DNA of 64,000 nucleotides from Macrostomum lignano. Taxonomy: Eukaryota. This document shows positions 50,001-62,000 of this stretch, piece by piece. The first letter of the stretch is position 1, and each line of letters starts with the position of its first letter. The notes beneath the pieces were generated by a model that saw only the letters and a program-made list of their open reading frames with translations, was not told the DNA's origin and made no database searches. The translations under genes were made by a program, and so were the position numbers. The stretch spans positions 204,484-268,483 of the forward strand of contig NIVC01000244.1 in assembly GCA_002269645.1 (NCBI GenBank), in the 5' to 3' direction.

Positions 50001-53000
50001 GGCTATCTATGATTTCCTAAATGTCCAGAGTTGGCTATCTATGATTTCCTAAATGTCCAGAGTGGGCTATCTATGGTTTCCTAAATATTCAGAGTTCGAT
50101 GCCGAAAAATGTCAAACTCACCAGTCTAAAATGTGACATAAAAATTAACAACGTTGAGAGTTCATCAGTAACTCACTTTGATACCTAAAAATCCTTAATT
50201 TAATTACTGCCATCAAAACAATGCCATCAAGTCACCTGGTAGTCCCCTCCGTCCTCCGGCTTGACACGGTTGATCTTTAGCGAGAAGTCGTGTCCGGCGT
50301 AGCGCTGCATGTACTTCACCGACTGCATCAGCGCCTCGTCGTTCCTAGCCCAGGTGACAATGGGTGGCGAGATTGACAGCACCTTGCACTCGAACACGGC
50401 GTTCTGGCCCTCCAGGCAGTAGGCGTTCTTTGAGCGAAGCACGAAACGGGGCACGGCCTCGCGACGGTCTGGGGATTTTGATGGCATTTATCAGTTTGGA
50501 TGGCTGCGTCATATACACGTAGAGACTAGTGGCTTCCCTAACAGTCATATAGAGACTAGTGGCTTCCCTAACAGTCATATAGAGACTAGTGGCTTCCCTA
50601 ACAGTCATATAGAGACTAGTGGCTTCCCTAACAGTCATATAGAGACTAGTGGCTTCCCTAACAGTCATGTAGAGACTAGTGGCTTCCCTAACAGTCATAT
50701 AGAGACTAGTGGCTTCCCTAACAGTCATGTAGAGACTAGTGGCTTCCCTAACAGTCATATAGAGACTAGTGGCTTCCCTAACAGTCATATAGAGACTAGT
50801 GGCTTCCCTAACAGTCATATACAGACTAGTGGCTTCCCATACGGTCACAGAGAGTGGCTTCCCACTGGTCATAGAGATTTGCTTCCCACTGGTCATAGAG
50901 ATTCGCTTCCCACTGGTCATAGAGATTCGCTTCCCACTGGTCATAGAGATTCGCTTCCCACTGGTCATAGAGATTCGCTTCCCACTGGTCATAGAGATGA
51001 TTAGCTTCTCCTACTGTCATAAAGAGTGGTTTTGCCCTGGTACTCACCAAAGCTGGTCTCGTGCATCTGGAACTCTTTCATTCTCAGCTTTCGCAACGAG
51101 CTAAAGTCGGCCAGTCGAGCAATGCCCAGATTGCCGCCAAACCAATTAGGCTGCAAAAAAAGTTGAAATTCAGCGATAGTCTACTTATTTTGAGTAGAAG
51201 ATACTGAGATTGGCGAGTATTTTTTGAGATTATGTTCTTAATCTGCATCTCCTAATCGGTTAATTCCAAGTGCTTACATGCAGATCTTGCATCTTCTGCC
51301 GTAGTTTATCGTAGCGGCTGGCGGGAATCCTCTTGTCCAGACCTTCGGCGGCCCGCTGCAGCCACGGATGGTCCAGGGCCTCGTGCACAGTCAGCCGTTT
51401 TTCTGGCCGTCTGACTAGCAGGCTCTTGATGAAGTCCCGCGCCTCGTCTGACACGCTGGCGAAAGCGTCCCGATCGAAGTCCCAGTCGCACTTTTTCACG
51501 TTGCCAAGAGTCTCGTAGTCGTCATTGCCAGCGAATGGCGACAAACCGCTTAGCCTGGAATGGAGAGGACAGCAGTGTGTCTATTAGAGTGTGTCTATCG
51601 GAGTGTGTCTATTGGAGTGTGTCTATCGGAGTGTGTCTATTGGAGTGTGTCTATTGGAGTGTGTCTATCGGAGTGTGTCTATTGGAGTGTGTCTATCGGA
51701 GTGTGTCTATCGGAGTGTGTCTATCGGAGTGTGTCTATTGGAGTGTGTATATTGGAGTGTGTCTATCGGAGTGTGTCTATCGGAGTGTGTCTATCGGAGT
51801 GTGTCTATCGGAGTGTGTCTATTGGAGTGTGTATATTGGAGTGTGTCTATCGGAGTGTGTCTATTGGAGTGTGTCTATTGGAGTTTGTCTATTGGAGTGT
51901 GTCTATTGGAGTTTGTCTATTGGAGTGTGTCTATTGGAGTGTGTCTATTGGAGTGTGTCTATTGGAGTGTGTCTATTGGAGTGTGTCTATTGGAGTGTGT
52001 CTATTGGAGTGTGTCTATCGGAGTGTGTCTATTGGAGTGTGTCTATTGGAGTGTGTCTATCGGAGTGTGTCTATTGGAGTGTGTCTATTGGAGTGTGTCT
52101 ATCGGAGTGTGTCTATCGGAGTGTGTCTATTGGAGTGTGTCTATTGGAGTGTGTCTATTGGAGTGTGTCTATTGGAGTGTGTCTATCGGAGTGTGTCTAT
52201 TGGAGTGTGTCTATTGGAGTGTGTCTATTGGAGTGTGTCTATTGGAGCAGTGCCTATTGGAGCAGTGCCTATTGGAACAGTGCCTATTGGAGCAGTGCCT
52301 ATTGGAACAGTGCCTATTGGAACAGTGCCTATTGGAACAGTGCCTATTGGAACAGTGCCTATTGGAGCAGTGCCTATTGGAGCAGTGCCTATTGGAACAG
52401 TGCCTATTGGAGCAGTGCCTATTGGAACAGTGTCTATTGGAGCAGTGCCTATTGGAACAGTGTCTATTGGAGCAGTGCCTATTGGAACAGTGCCTATTGG
52501 AACAGTGCCTATTGGAACAGTGCCTTTTGGAACAGTGCCTATTGGAACAGTGCCTATTGGAACAATGCCTATTGGAGCAGTGCCTTTTGGAACAATGCCT
52601 ATTGGAACAATTGTCCCGGTCCGGCCGCACACTCACAGCACGTAGGCCAGCACTCCAACCGCCCACATGTCCGTGTAGAACCCGACGCCGTCATTGTCGG
52701 CGATCTCTGGTGCGGCGAACTCGGCAGTCGCGGTGGTCACCTTCACCGTCTCGTTGGGATTCAGGCGGGTGGCCAAGCCGAAGTCGATGACCTTGATGCT
52801 GGTGGACTTCGACGTCTCGCATATGAGATTCTCCGGCTTAATGTCCAGGTGCACAATGCCCTGCTCGTGCATGTGCTTGAGCCCGTCGCACACCTGGCGC
52901 ATGTACTTGATCACCTCCGCCTCGGACATTTTGTACGAGTCGTCGGCGATGCGATCGAACAGCTCGCCACCAGAAAGAAACTCCATGATGAGCACCATCT

Positions 53001-56000
53001 CGTTCACGTCGTCGTAGACGTCATGCAGGTTAATGAGTTTGGGATGGTGCAGTGCGTTCATGATGCTCACCTCGTTGCGCACCGTCTGCTTGTCCAGCGA
53101 GTAAGGCGTGTCGATGAACTTCGCCACGAATATCTGGCCGGTGGCCTTCTCCTTGCAGCGGTGCACCACACCGAAGGCGCCGCTGCCAAGCTCCTCTAGG
53201 ATCTCGTAGTCGTCGTACACCGAGCCGGTCTTGATGCTGACGGGGTAGGGCCGGTGCCTGTCCCACAGGTTGCTGTAGCAGGAGTCGTAGTTGCTGGGCT
53301 TCGGCCCGTCGTGGCCGCGTTTGCCGCCGAGCTCCGAGCGGACGTCGCCGGCCCGGCGGGCCTGGACTCGCGGCTCGGCCAGGCGGTAGGGCCCGACGGA
53401 CGGCGACGGGTCACTGCGGCCGTAGAGATTCTCGGCGATCACGCGGAACTCGTAGTCTTTGTCGCGCAGCAGACTGTCAACCGACGCCTGGGCGAAGCGG
53501 GACTGGGCGCAGCGGACCCAACTGCCCGATGGGAGCTCCCGCTTTTCGATGTCGTAACCGCTGATGTACACTCCGCTCTGCTCTGGGTCCAGCGCCGGCT
53601 GCCAGGACAGCACAATGTTGGTGTCGGTGACAGCCTCCGTGCGGAGGCTCTTGGGCGGATCGGGCCGGTCGTTGACGGTTACCTCGATGCTGGCCGAGGC
53701 GGCGCCGATGTCGTTCTCCAGTGTCAGACTGTAGACGCCCGAGTCCTCGCGGCTGAGGTCGTTCACGGTGAGGATGCAGTGGCGCTCCTTCTGTTCGATT
53801 TCGAACTTTCTACCCGGCTTCAGCTCGACTCCGTTGAGCTTCCAGACGGCGCTCGGTTTCGGATATGCGGTGAACGGCAGCTTGATGGTGAGGTTGTCGC
53901 CCTTGTCCATGACCGTCGGCGCGTCAAATCTCGCCGGCTTGCGGATCTTCGGCTCCGACCGGATGGTCAGGTCGGCCCGGCTGGCGCGCGACCCGACGCG
54001 GTTGCTGACGCGGACGCTGTACTCGTCGGCGTCGTCGATGGAGCAGTTGTTCACCACCAGGTAGTAGCGGTCGCCCTCCTTTCCGATGTCGTACTTGCTG
54101 GAGGGCGCGAGCTCGCGGACGCCCTTGGACCAGACTACGTCGAACGGCGGGCTGCCGTTCAGCTGCACCTCGAACTCCGCCCGCTTGCCCTCGTTGGCCT
54201 GCTGGCGCTTCAGCTGGGTGGTGAACTGCGGCAGGGACTGCGCCTTCGGGTCCTTCACTGTCACCTTGCGAGACGCGCCAGACGGCTGGCTCAGCCCGGC
54301 TTCGTTCTCAGCGAACACGCGGAACTCGTAGTCTTTGTCCTCGATGAGGTTGGGGATGTTGCAGGTCGTGTTGTGAATCGGCGCGAAGTTCACCCGCGTC
54401 CAGGCGGCGTCGCTGGCTCCGGCCTCGCGCTTCTCCACGTAGTAGCCGGTGATCTTGCCGCCGCCGTCCGACACCGGGCGACTCCAGCTCAGCGACACGA
54501 AGTCGGCGCCGACCTCCTCGGCCTCCGGCTCGCCGGGTGCCTGCGGCTTGTCTGCCGAATGCGAAATTTTGGCAGTTTAGGGCACAATGTCCAGATTAAA
54601 TTAGGGCCTGTAATATTGGTTTTCACCTTCTGTTTCAAAATGTATCCTACCCTGAACTGGAGGGTGAAACTAGGGTGAACTGGAGCTAAGTTTAATGTAT
54701 TCGCTTGCTCACGGCTGACTGCTGCATGTCTGCTGACGGAATTATTGAGATACTCGTCGGCAATAACCGCAACAACCCCGGCTTAACCTGTGCAGTGTTA
54801 GCGGCAAATACGTAGAGCTAGAGACCCTCTCCAAGCCCCTAAAAATCCCCAACACACTACTCACAGTAACCAGGCCCTAGTAAAAATTCTAACCCTCTGG
54901 ACACGATATCTAACATTCTGTGCTGGATTTGCAATACAATGGTCTGAAAATCATAATGAAATTTTCGGCAACCAACCAAACGGCATTTTGGCCACAATGG
55001 GCTCCGTTGTCTCTAGCGGCTCGCTGCTTCCGTTCTCATTGACGGCAAATACGCGGAAACTGTACTCAGAGTTCTCCACCAGGCCCTGGACGTCGACGCT
55101 TGTATCCTAGGTAGGCGTGTTAAGTTGCTATGAATAAATCTTCACAATTGACTGGTAGCTGTATTTACTTTGATCTTTAAAAGTCTGCCTGTTTGCAGTG
55201 GCTTCTAGCCTAACTAGCTGGTTAAAGGAAAAGTTAAACGGTCGGTAGGCAGGTGTGCAAACGAAAAACTTTTAGTTGACGCAAGACCAATAGTTGGTGG
55301 AGAGATTCAAACTCGTTAAATATATATATATAGTTTTATATTATACTACAGGCAGTGTCAGACAAAGACACTAAGATACTACTTGTCATATCTGGCTTGT
55401 CTGTCATAGTCTAACACTGACAATGCATTCTAATAGGCAGCAACATGCCTTGCTGGCTACAGCTATATCGGTTGTAGCTCTGCTAATCCGAGTGGCACAA
55501 ACTGCGCCTGTGACTGACACAACGTGGTCTACTGACACTGCTAGTTACGCTAGCTCTACGGCTGCTCCCACGTCAGGGAACAATGTCACTATGGCAACGG
55601 TTGTGACTACGTCGATAGGGACTACTGTTTCCTTCTCTGACAGTACTACATCTGATGTGCTGGGAACACCTCCAGACCCGACAACATTCCCAACACCCGC
55701 TGACACGACAACATACCCAACCCCTTCAGACCCGACAACATTCCCAACACCTCCAGACCCGACAACATACCCAACACCTCCAGACCCGACAACATACCCA
55801 ACACCTTCAGACCCGACAACATTCCCAACACCTTCAGACCCGACAACATACCCAACACCTTCAGACCCGACAACATACCCAACACCTCCAGACCCGACAA
55901 CATTCCCAACACCTCCAGACCCGACAACATACCCAACACCTCCAGACCCGACAACATTCCCAACACCTCCAGACCCGACAACATTCTCAACACCTCCAGA

Positions 56001-59000
56001 CCCGACAACATTCTCAACACCTCCAGACCCGACAACATACCCAACACCTCCAGACCCGACAACATTCCCAACACCTTCAGACTCGACAACATTCCCAACA
56101 CCCGCTGACACGACAACATTCCCAACACCTCCAGACCCGACAACATTTCCAACACCTCCAGACCCGACAACATACCCAACACCTCCAGACCCGACAACAT
56201 ACCCAACACCTTCAGACCCGACAACATTCCCAACACCTTCAGACCCGACAACATACCCAACACCTTCAGACCCGACAACATACCCAACACCTCCAGACCC
56301 GACAACATTCCCAACACCTCCAGACCCGACAACATACCCAACACCTCCAGACCCGACAACATTCCCAACACCTCCAGACCCGACAACATTCTCAACACCT
56401 CCAGACCCGACAACATTCTCAACACCTCCAGACCCGACAACATACCCAACACCTCCAGACCCGACAACATTCCCAACACCTTCAGACTCGACAACATTCC
56501 CAACACCCGCTGACACGACAACATTCCCAACACCTCCAGACCCGACAACATTTCCAACACCTCCAGACCCGACAACATTCCCAACACCCGCTGACACGAC
56601 AACATTCCCAACACCAACAAACCCGACAACATTCGTAACGCCGGCTGCAGAGAATATTTCAACAACTCTAAGCGCTGCAGAAATGGAGCAGAAACGAGTG
56701 GAAGTTGTGATCAGAAACTACCAAACCGCTTCAACTAACGTGGGAGCGTACTTGGTACCGGTGCTCCTTGCAGGCGGGTTCATATTTATCATAGTCTCGT
56801 TAATTAGAACCGCAATTAACGCTGGGTTGTAAAGAACTACGGATGGAGGCGTTATCTTGACGCTCGTTGACATTTTTTCAATAAGCTACTGTAAACTGTA
56901 GATAAATTACTCCATATTCTAATACTGAACGAGAGTTTAACCTGATTTTATAGAAAATGTATCCATGATTAATACGTTATTGAAAGCAGCAAACTGCAGC
57001 AAAGCAAAGCAAAAATAAACCGATTTATTTCCTTCTCGCCTCACCTTACAAAATGACGCAACAGTCAGCCAGTTCTCCTTGTCCTTTTCTTTGCGCTCAA
57101 CAACGTAGTGCGTCACCTTGGAGCCGCCGTCATCGCGCGGCGGCTTCCAGCTGAGCTTGCACGCATTCTTTGTGACGTCAGAGGCCTGCAGAGGCCCGCC
57201 AGCTGCGCTCGGTTTTGCTTTCACCTTCAGGCTAAACGGCGCAGCCGTAGAGCCGCTCTCGTTAGCCAGCTCCAACTTGTAGTCGCCGGCATCCTCCCGC
57301 TGCAGGTCCTTGATCTGCACCACAACGTAGTCGTCGAACTCTTGCAGCTTAACGTTGGGCGACTCACTTAGGTCTTTGCTGCCCTTCTTCAGGCCCAACT
57401 TCAGCGGTCCATTGCCGGAGAAAAACACTTTGAACTTAACACCGTCTCCGACGTCTCCGGACTGGTCTGGCACGGCCCGCTCCAGCTTCGGTGGCCGCTG
57501 AACGTTCAGACGAGCACTGGTGGATTCCCGACCCGCCTTGTTAGCCAACTCACAGGTGATCTCTCCGGCGTCACTCTCCGAGAGGTCGTTCAGGGTTAGC
57601 GTTGCCACTTCACCATCGCTACTGATCTGCGCCCGAGCGGAAGGCCGCAGCTCGATGCCGTTCTTGAACCAGCGCACCTCCGGCGGCGGCTTTCCATCGA
57701 TTCGGCAAGTGAAGGTTGCCGACCCACCGACTGCCCCGGTGGCCGCCTGCAGCCGGCTGAGGAACTCGGGCGACGCACCCGCCTTCCGGTCTTCGATCTT
57801 CGTCGGCAGCGACGGAGGAGACGGGTCGCCTTCGCCAGACGCGTTCAGAGCAGTCACTCGAAACTCGTACTCTTCGTCTTCGTCCAGCCCATCGATCAGA
57901 GCGTCACTGGCCGAGCCTGGAACAGTGGCGGCCGTCTCCCAGTCACCATTTTTCTTTCGCTTCTCAACTTTGAATCCTGTCAAGCGACCGCCGCCCTCGT
58001 TTAGCGGCTTGGTCCACTCCAGCTCCGCAAAGTTCTTGCCAGTCTTGGTGACCGCCGGAGTTCCCGGATTTCCTGGTGGACTAATCTTCGATTTGGTCTC
58101 CACCGGCTTGGTGGCAGCGCTGGGCTCGCCCAGGCCGGCATCATTTTTGGCGCGGACACGAAATTCGTATTTAGTATTCTTGTCGAGTCCAGGCACTGTC
58201 ATCTTGTTGCCCTTGACTGGGAAGTCATTCGCCTTCTTCCACTTGTTGCTGCTCGGCTCTTTGTACTCAACAACGTAGCCTTGAACTTTGTTGCCGCCGT
58301 CGCTACGTGGCTTTTTCCAAGACAACGAAACCGAGCTCTCATCGACGCCCGTCACATCGAGTCCCTCCGGCGCGCCAGGCGGCTGGAAGGCAAGCTTCGG
58401 CGTCACCGCCGTCTCGAGCTCCAGCGGCTCGCTAAGCCCGTGCAGATTCTCCGCACGAACTCGAAACTTCACAGGCTTGCCTTCGTCCAGGCCGAATGCC
58501 TCATACTCCGGCTTCCTGACGAACTTTGACAGCGGAACCCACTCGCCCGTGCGCGGGTCCTGCTTCTCAACGACATAGTTTTCAACTGGCGCTCCGCCGT
58601 CGTCCTTCGGTGGCCGCCAGGTAAGCGTGCAACTGTCGGGTCCGATTTTGGACACCTCCAGCGGACCTTCAGGCATCGCCGGTTTGTCCACGATATTAAC
58701 TTTTGGCTCTATCGAGTCGCGGCCTGCTCGGTTCTTGAGCGTGACAGTATACTTCCCTTCGTCAGCCTTAACAGCCTTTTTGCAGACGATGACCACTTCC
58801 GATGTCTCCTCACGAATTTCAAAGCGCTCTACTGGTACCGCGGTAGCGCCATGGAAGCACTCGACATTCTCTGGCGGAGAGCCTTCGAACGGAATGCGAA
58901 GCTTGAACTCTTCGCCAGCGGCAGCTGTGACGTCCTTGGTAGCGAAATCGGATAGAATTCGAGGCGCAGTTTGCGGCGCTTGCACTTTAACCGCATCGGT

Positions 59001-62000
59001 GGGCTCGCTGGGCTCACCTGGGCCAGCTTTGTTCACAGGAGTGACGCGAAACTCGAACTCCTTGCCTTCCGGCAAGTTTTTGGCGGTGAAGTTTGTACTG
59101 GACACTGGGGTTACTGAGGCCTTCGACCAGGATTTATCACCCTTAGCTCGCTTCTCCACAATGTAGCCAGTGACGGGGGAGCCGCCATTGTTCCTTGGCG
59201 GCTGCCAGCTGAGCGCTACACTGTCTGCGGTCACTTCCTCCACCGCTGGCTGGTTGCAGGCGGACGGTGGATCAAATGGCAGCTTCGGTGTGACTGGCGA
59301 GATCGTCTGTAGGGGTTCGCCGCGGCCCTGGGCGTTCTCAGCCATTACTCGAAACTCATAAGGCTTGCCCTCTTCGAGGTTCTTCACAGTGGCGGTCGGT
59401 GAGCTCAAGAAGCTGCTAACGGGTAGCCATTCATCTGTGCCCTTAATTCGTTTCTCAAGCACATAGTTGGACACGGGCTCACCGCCGTCCGACTTTGGCG
59501 GTGCCCACTTCAGCGTCACCTGGTTGGCGTCAATGTCAGTGGCTTCCAGTGGGCCTGTGCAAGGACCGGGCTTATCAAGCACGGTCACTCGAAGCGAGCC
59601 AGTGTCCTTGCCCATGGAGTTTCGCAGCGTGATTTTGTACTCTCCGCTGTTGCTACCAGTCGCCTTGGCAACCGTGTAAACTAACTGCCCAGCATCGCCA
59701 TCGGGTGTCTCCGTGATACTCAGCTTACCCTCCGACGTGGCGTCAAAGTCCTTATCGTCCTTCTCGAATTCGGCCGTCGGCTTGGGGAAGCCGGTGTAGG
59801 GGATCTTGATCACCAAGTCTTGGCCGGCCTTGATTGTCAGGTCGCGCAGTCCGGACAGGTCGAGCCGCGGCGCTTCAGGCTGGTTCTCCGCCTTGAGTGT
59901 CTTCGTAGGCCGGGTCGGTTCGCCCGGTCCGGCCTCGTTCTCCGCGCGCACCCGAAACTGCGCCTCCTCACCCTCGGCCATCGGCACAAAGGCGGACCGC
60001 TCGTTGGCTGGCACGGTCTTCACTGGCACCCATTCGCCGTCCGGATTCTTCTTCTCTACTACGTAGTCCTTCACCTTGCCGCCGCCTTCGTTCTTCGGCT
60101 TAGCCCAGCTGAGCTGCACGCCGTCCTTCTTCTGCTTGTCAACATTGAGGTCGCCCGGAGGCCCGGCTGGGAACACCGGGTCGCGAACTATCAGCGGCTG
60201 GGTTGCTTTCGACGGCTTGCCAAGTCCAGCGGCGTTGACAGCGCAAACGCGGAACTCGTACTCGCGACCCTCGTTGAGGCTAGTGACATTGAAGGATAGT
60301 TTCTCCGTTGATGGCACAAACGGGGTCGCCTTCTCCCAGTCGCTGCCCTTCTGCTTCTTTTCTATCACGTAGCCAACAATTGGATTGCCGCCGTCACTTT
60401 TCGGCGGCTTCCAAGCCAGGGACACCTGGAATCGGTCGTACTTTTCGATGGTCAGGTGCTCCGGCGCGTCTGGCGCGTCGAAAGGATTTTTGGCTAGAAT
60501 CGCGCCGCCACTCGTCTCCAGCGGCTCGCTGACACCGAACCTGTTGACTGCCTTGACTCTGAACCTGTAGCGCTTGCCTTCAACGAGCTGTTTCACTGCA
60601 CAGGTGGGCTGGTCGGTGGCGCCTGGCACTTTTTCCCAGATTCCGCTGCCCTCCTCACACATTTCCACAATGTAGTCGAGTATCTCGCAGCCACCAGTGT
60701 CCTTCGGCGGCTTCCATTGCAGCCGACACGAATCCGCCAGTAGGTCTTTCACTTCCAGCGGGCCCTCAGGCGGATCCGGTTTGTCCATCACAACAACACG
60801 GATGCTAGCATCCTCCTTTCCGTGCTCATTTGTCAGCGAGACATGATAAGTACCAGCATCGGCCTTTTTTGCGCTGTCCACACGAAAGCCAGTGAGTTCC
60901 TCAGTGTCCGTCACCCTGGCGGCGGCCTGCATCTGTGCTCTGGAGTCTCTGGTCCACGTGATGGTCGGCTTCGGAGCGCCCTCGATCGGGATCTGAATTT
61001 CGATTGGCTCGCCGGCGCGGACGCGAATCTCTCTGCCCGGCCCGAGTCCCAGGGAGTCCAGGTTCAGCTTCGGTGCCGCCTTCGCTGGCTTGGCCTTGAC
61101 GTGCTTGCTGGGTCCCGAAGGCTGGCTGGGTCCGGCCTTGTTCACTGCGGTCACTCTATACTCGTATTCTTTGTTCTCTTTTACAGTCTCGTCGGTGAAT
61201 TCCAGTTCTACCACCCGGTCTCTGGTCACCTTGGTCCACCTGGTGCCCTTGATTTCCTTACGCTCGATGATGTAACCGAGAATCGGCGCTCCACCATCGC
61301 TGCGCGGCGGCTTGTAGGCGATCTTCACGAACGTCTTGTTGTGGTCCAGAATCTCGGGCGGGGACGGTGCGTCCGGTTCTTCGAATGGATTCTTGATCTT
61401 CGTTGGCTCCTCCGTCTCCAAGGGTTCACCAACTCCCTGAGCGGTTTCCGCTGACACACGAAAGAGATACTCGTGGCCCTCCTGCAGCTTATTCACCGTG
61501 AATGTTGTGCCAGCAACCATCTCAGACACAGTCTCCCACTCTCGCTTTTTCAAATCGTACTTCTGCAAAACATAATTTTGAATTGGACTGCCCCCGTCAT
61601 CTTTGGGCGGCTTCCACGACAACTGACAGCTATTCTTAGTTACTTCTGACACCTGGAGCGGCCCCTCTGGTCGGGACGGCTTTCCTAAGACAACTACTTC
61701 AATTTCAGCGGAGTCCTCGCCGACTTCATTAGTGACTGTCAGACGGTAGAGCCCGGTGTGCTTGCGCAAGCCTTCCTTAATAGTCACCTTGGAACAGCCG
61801 ATGTCGGACTCGACTTGAATATCCTCCGCAAGCGGATTGTCGCCCACCACCCAAACTGGCGTTGGCGGCGGCTCACCAATGAATTTGAGCTCCAGAACAA
61901 TTGGCGCACCCGCCTTTATATTAACGGGCTTGATGCCCATGCGATCGATGCGCGGCTTAAGGAAGCGCGGCTTGGCTACCACTGGCCCGGCCGGGGCGCT

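Noticed and set aside
35555-50092. CRISPR-like arrays
   Set aside because: Repeats are contiguous with no unique spacers, there are no cas genes, and the context is eukaryotic.
51535-54678. Long plus-strand ORFs (51535-53199, 53254-54678) over the kinase region
   Set aside because: Satellite translation plus the antisense shadow of GC-rich twitchin codons; no recognisable domain.
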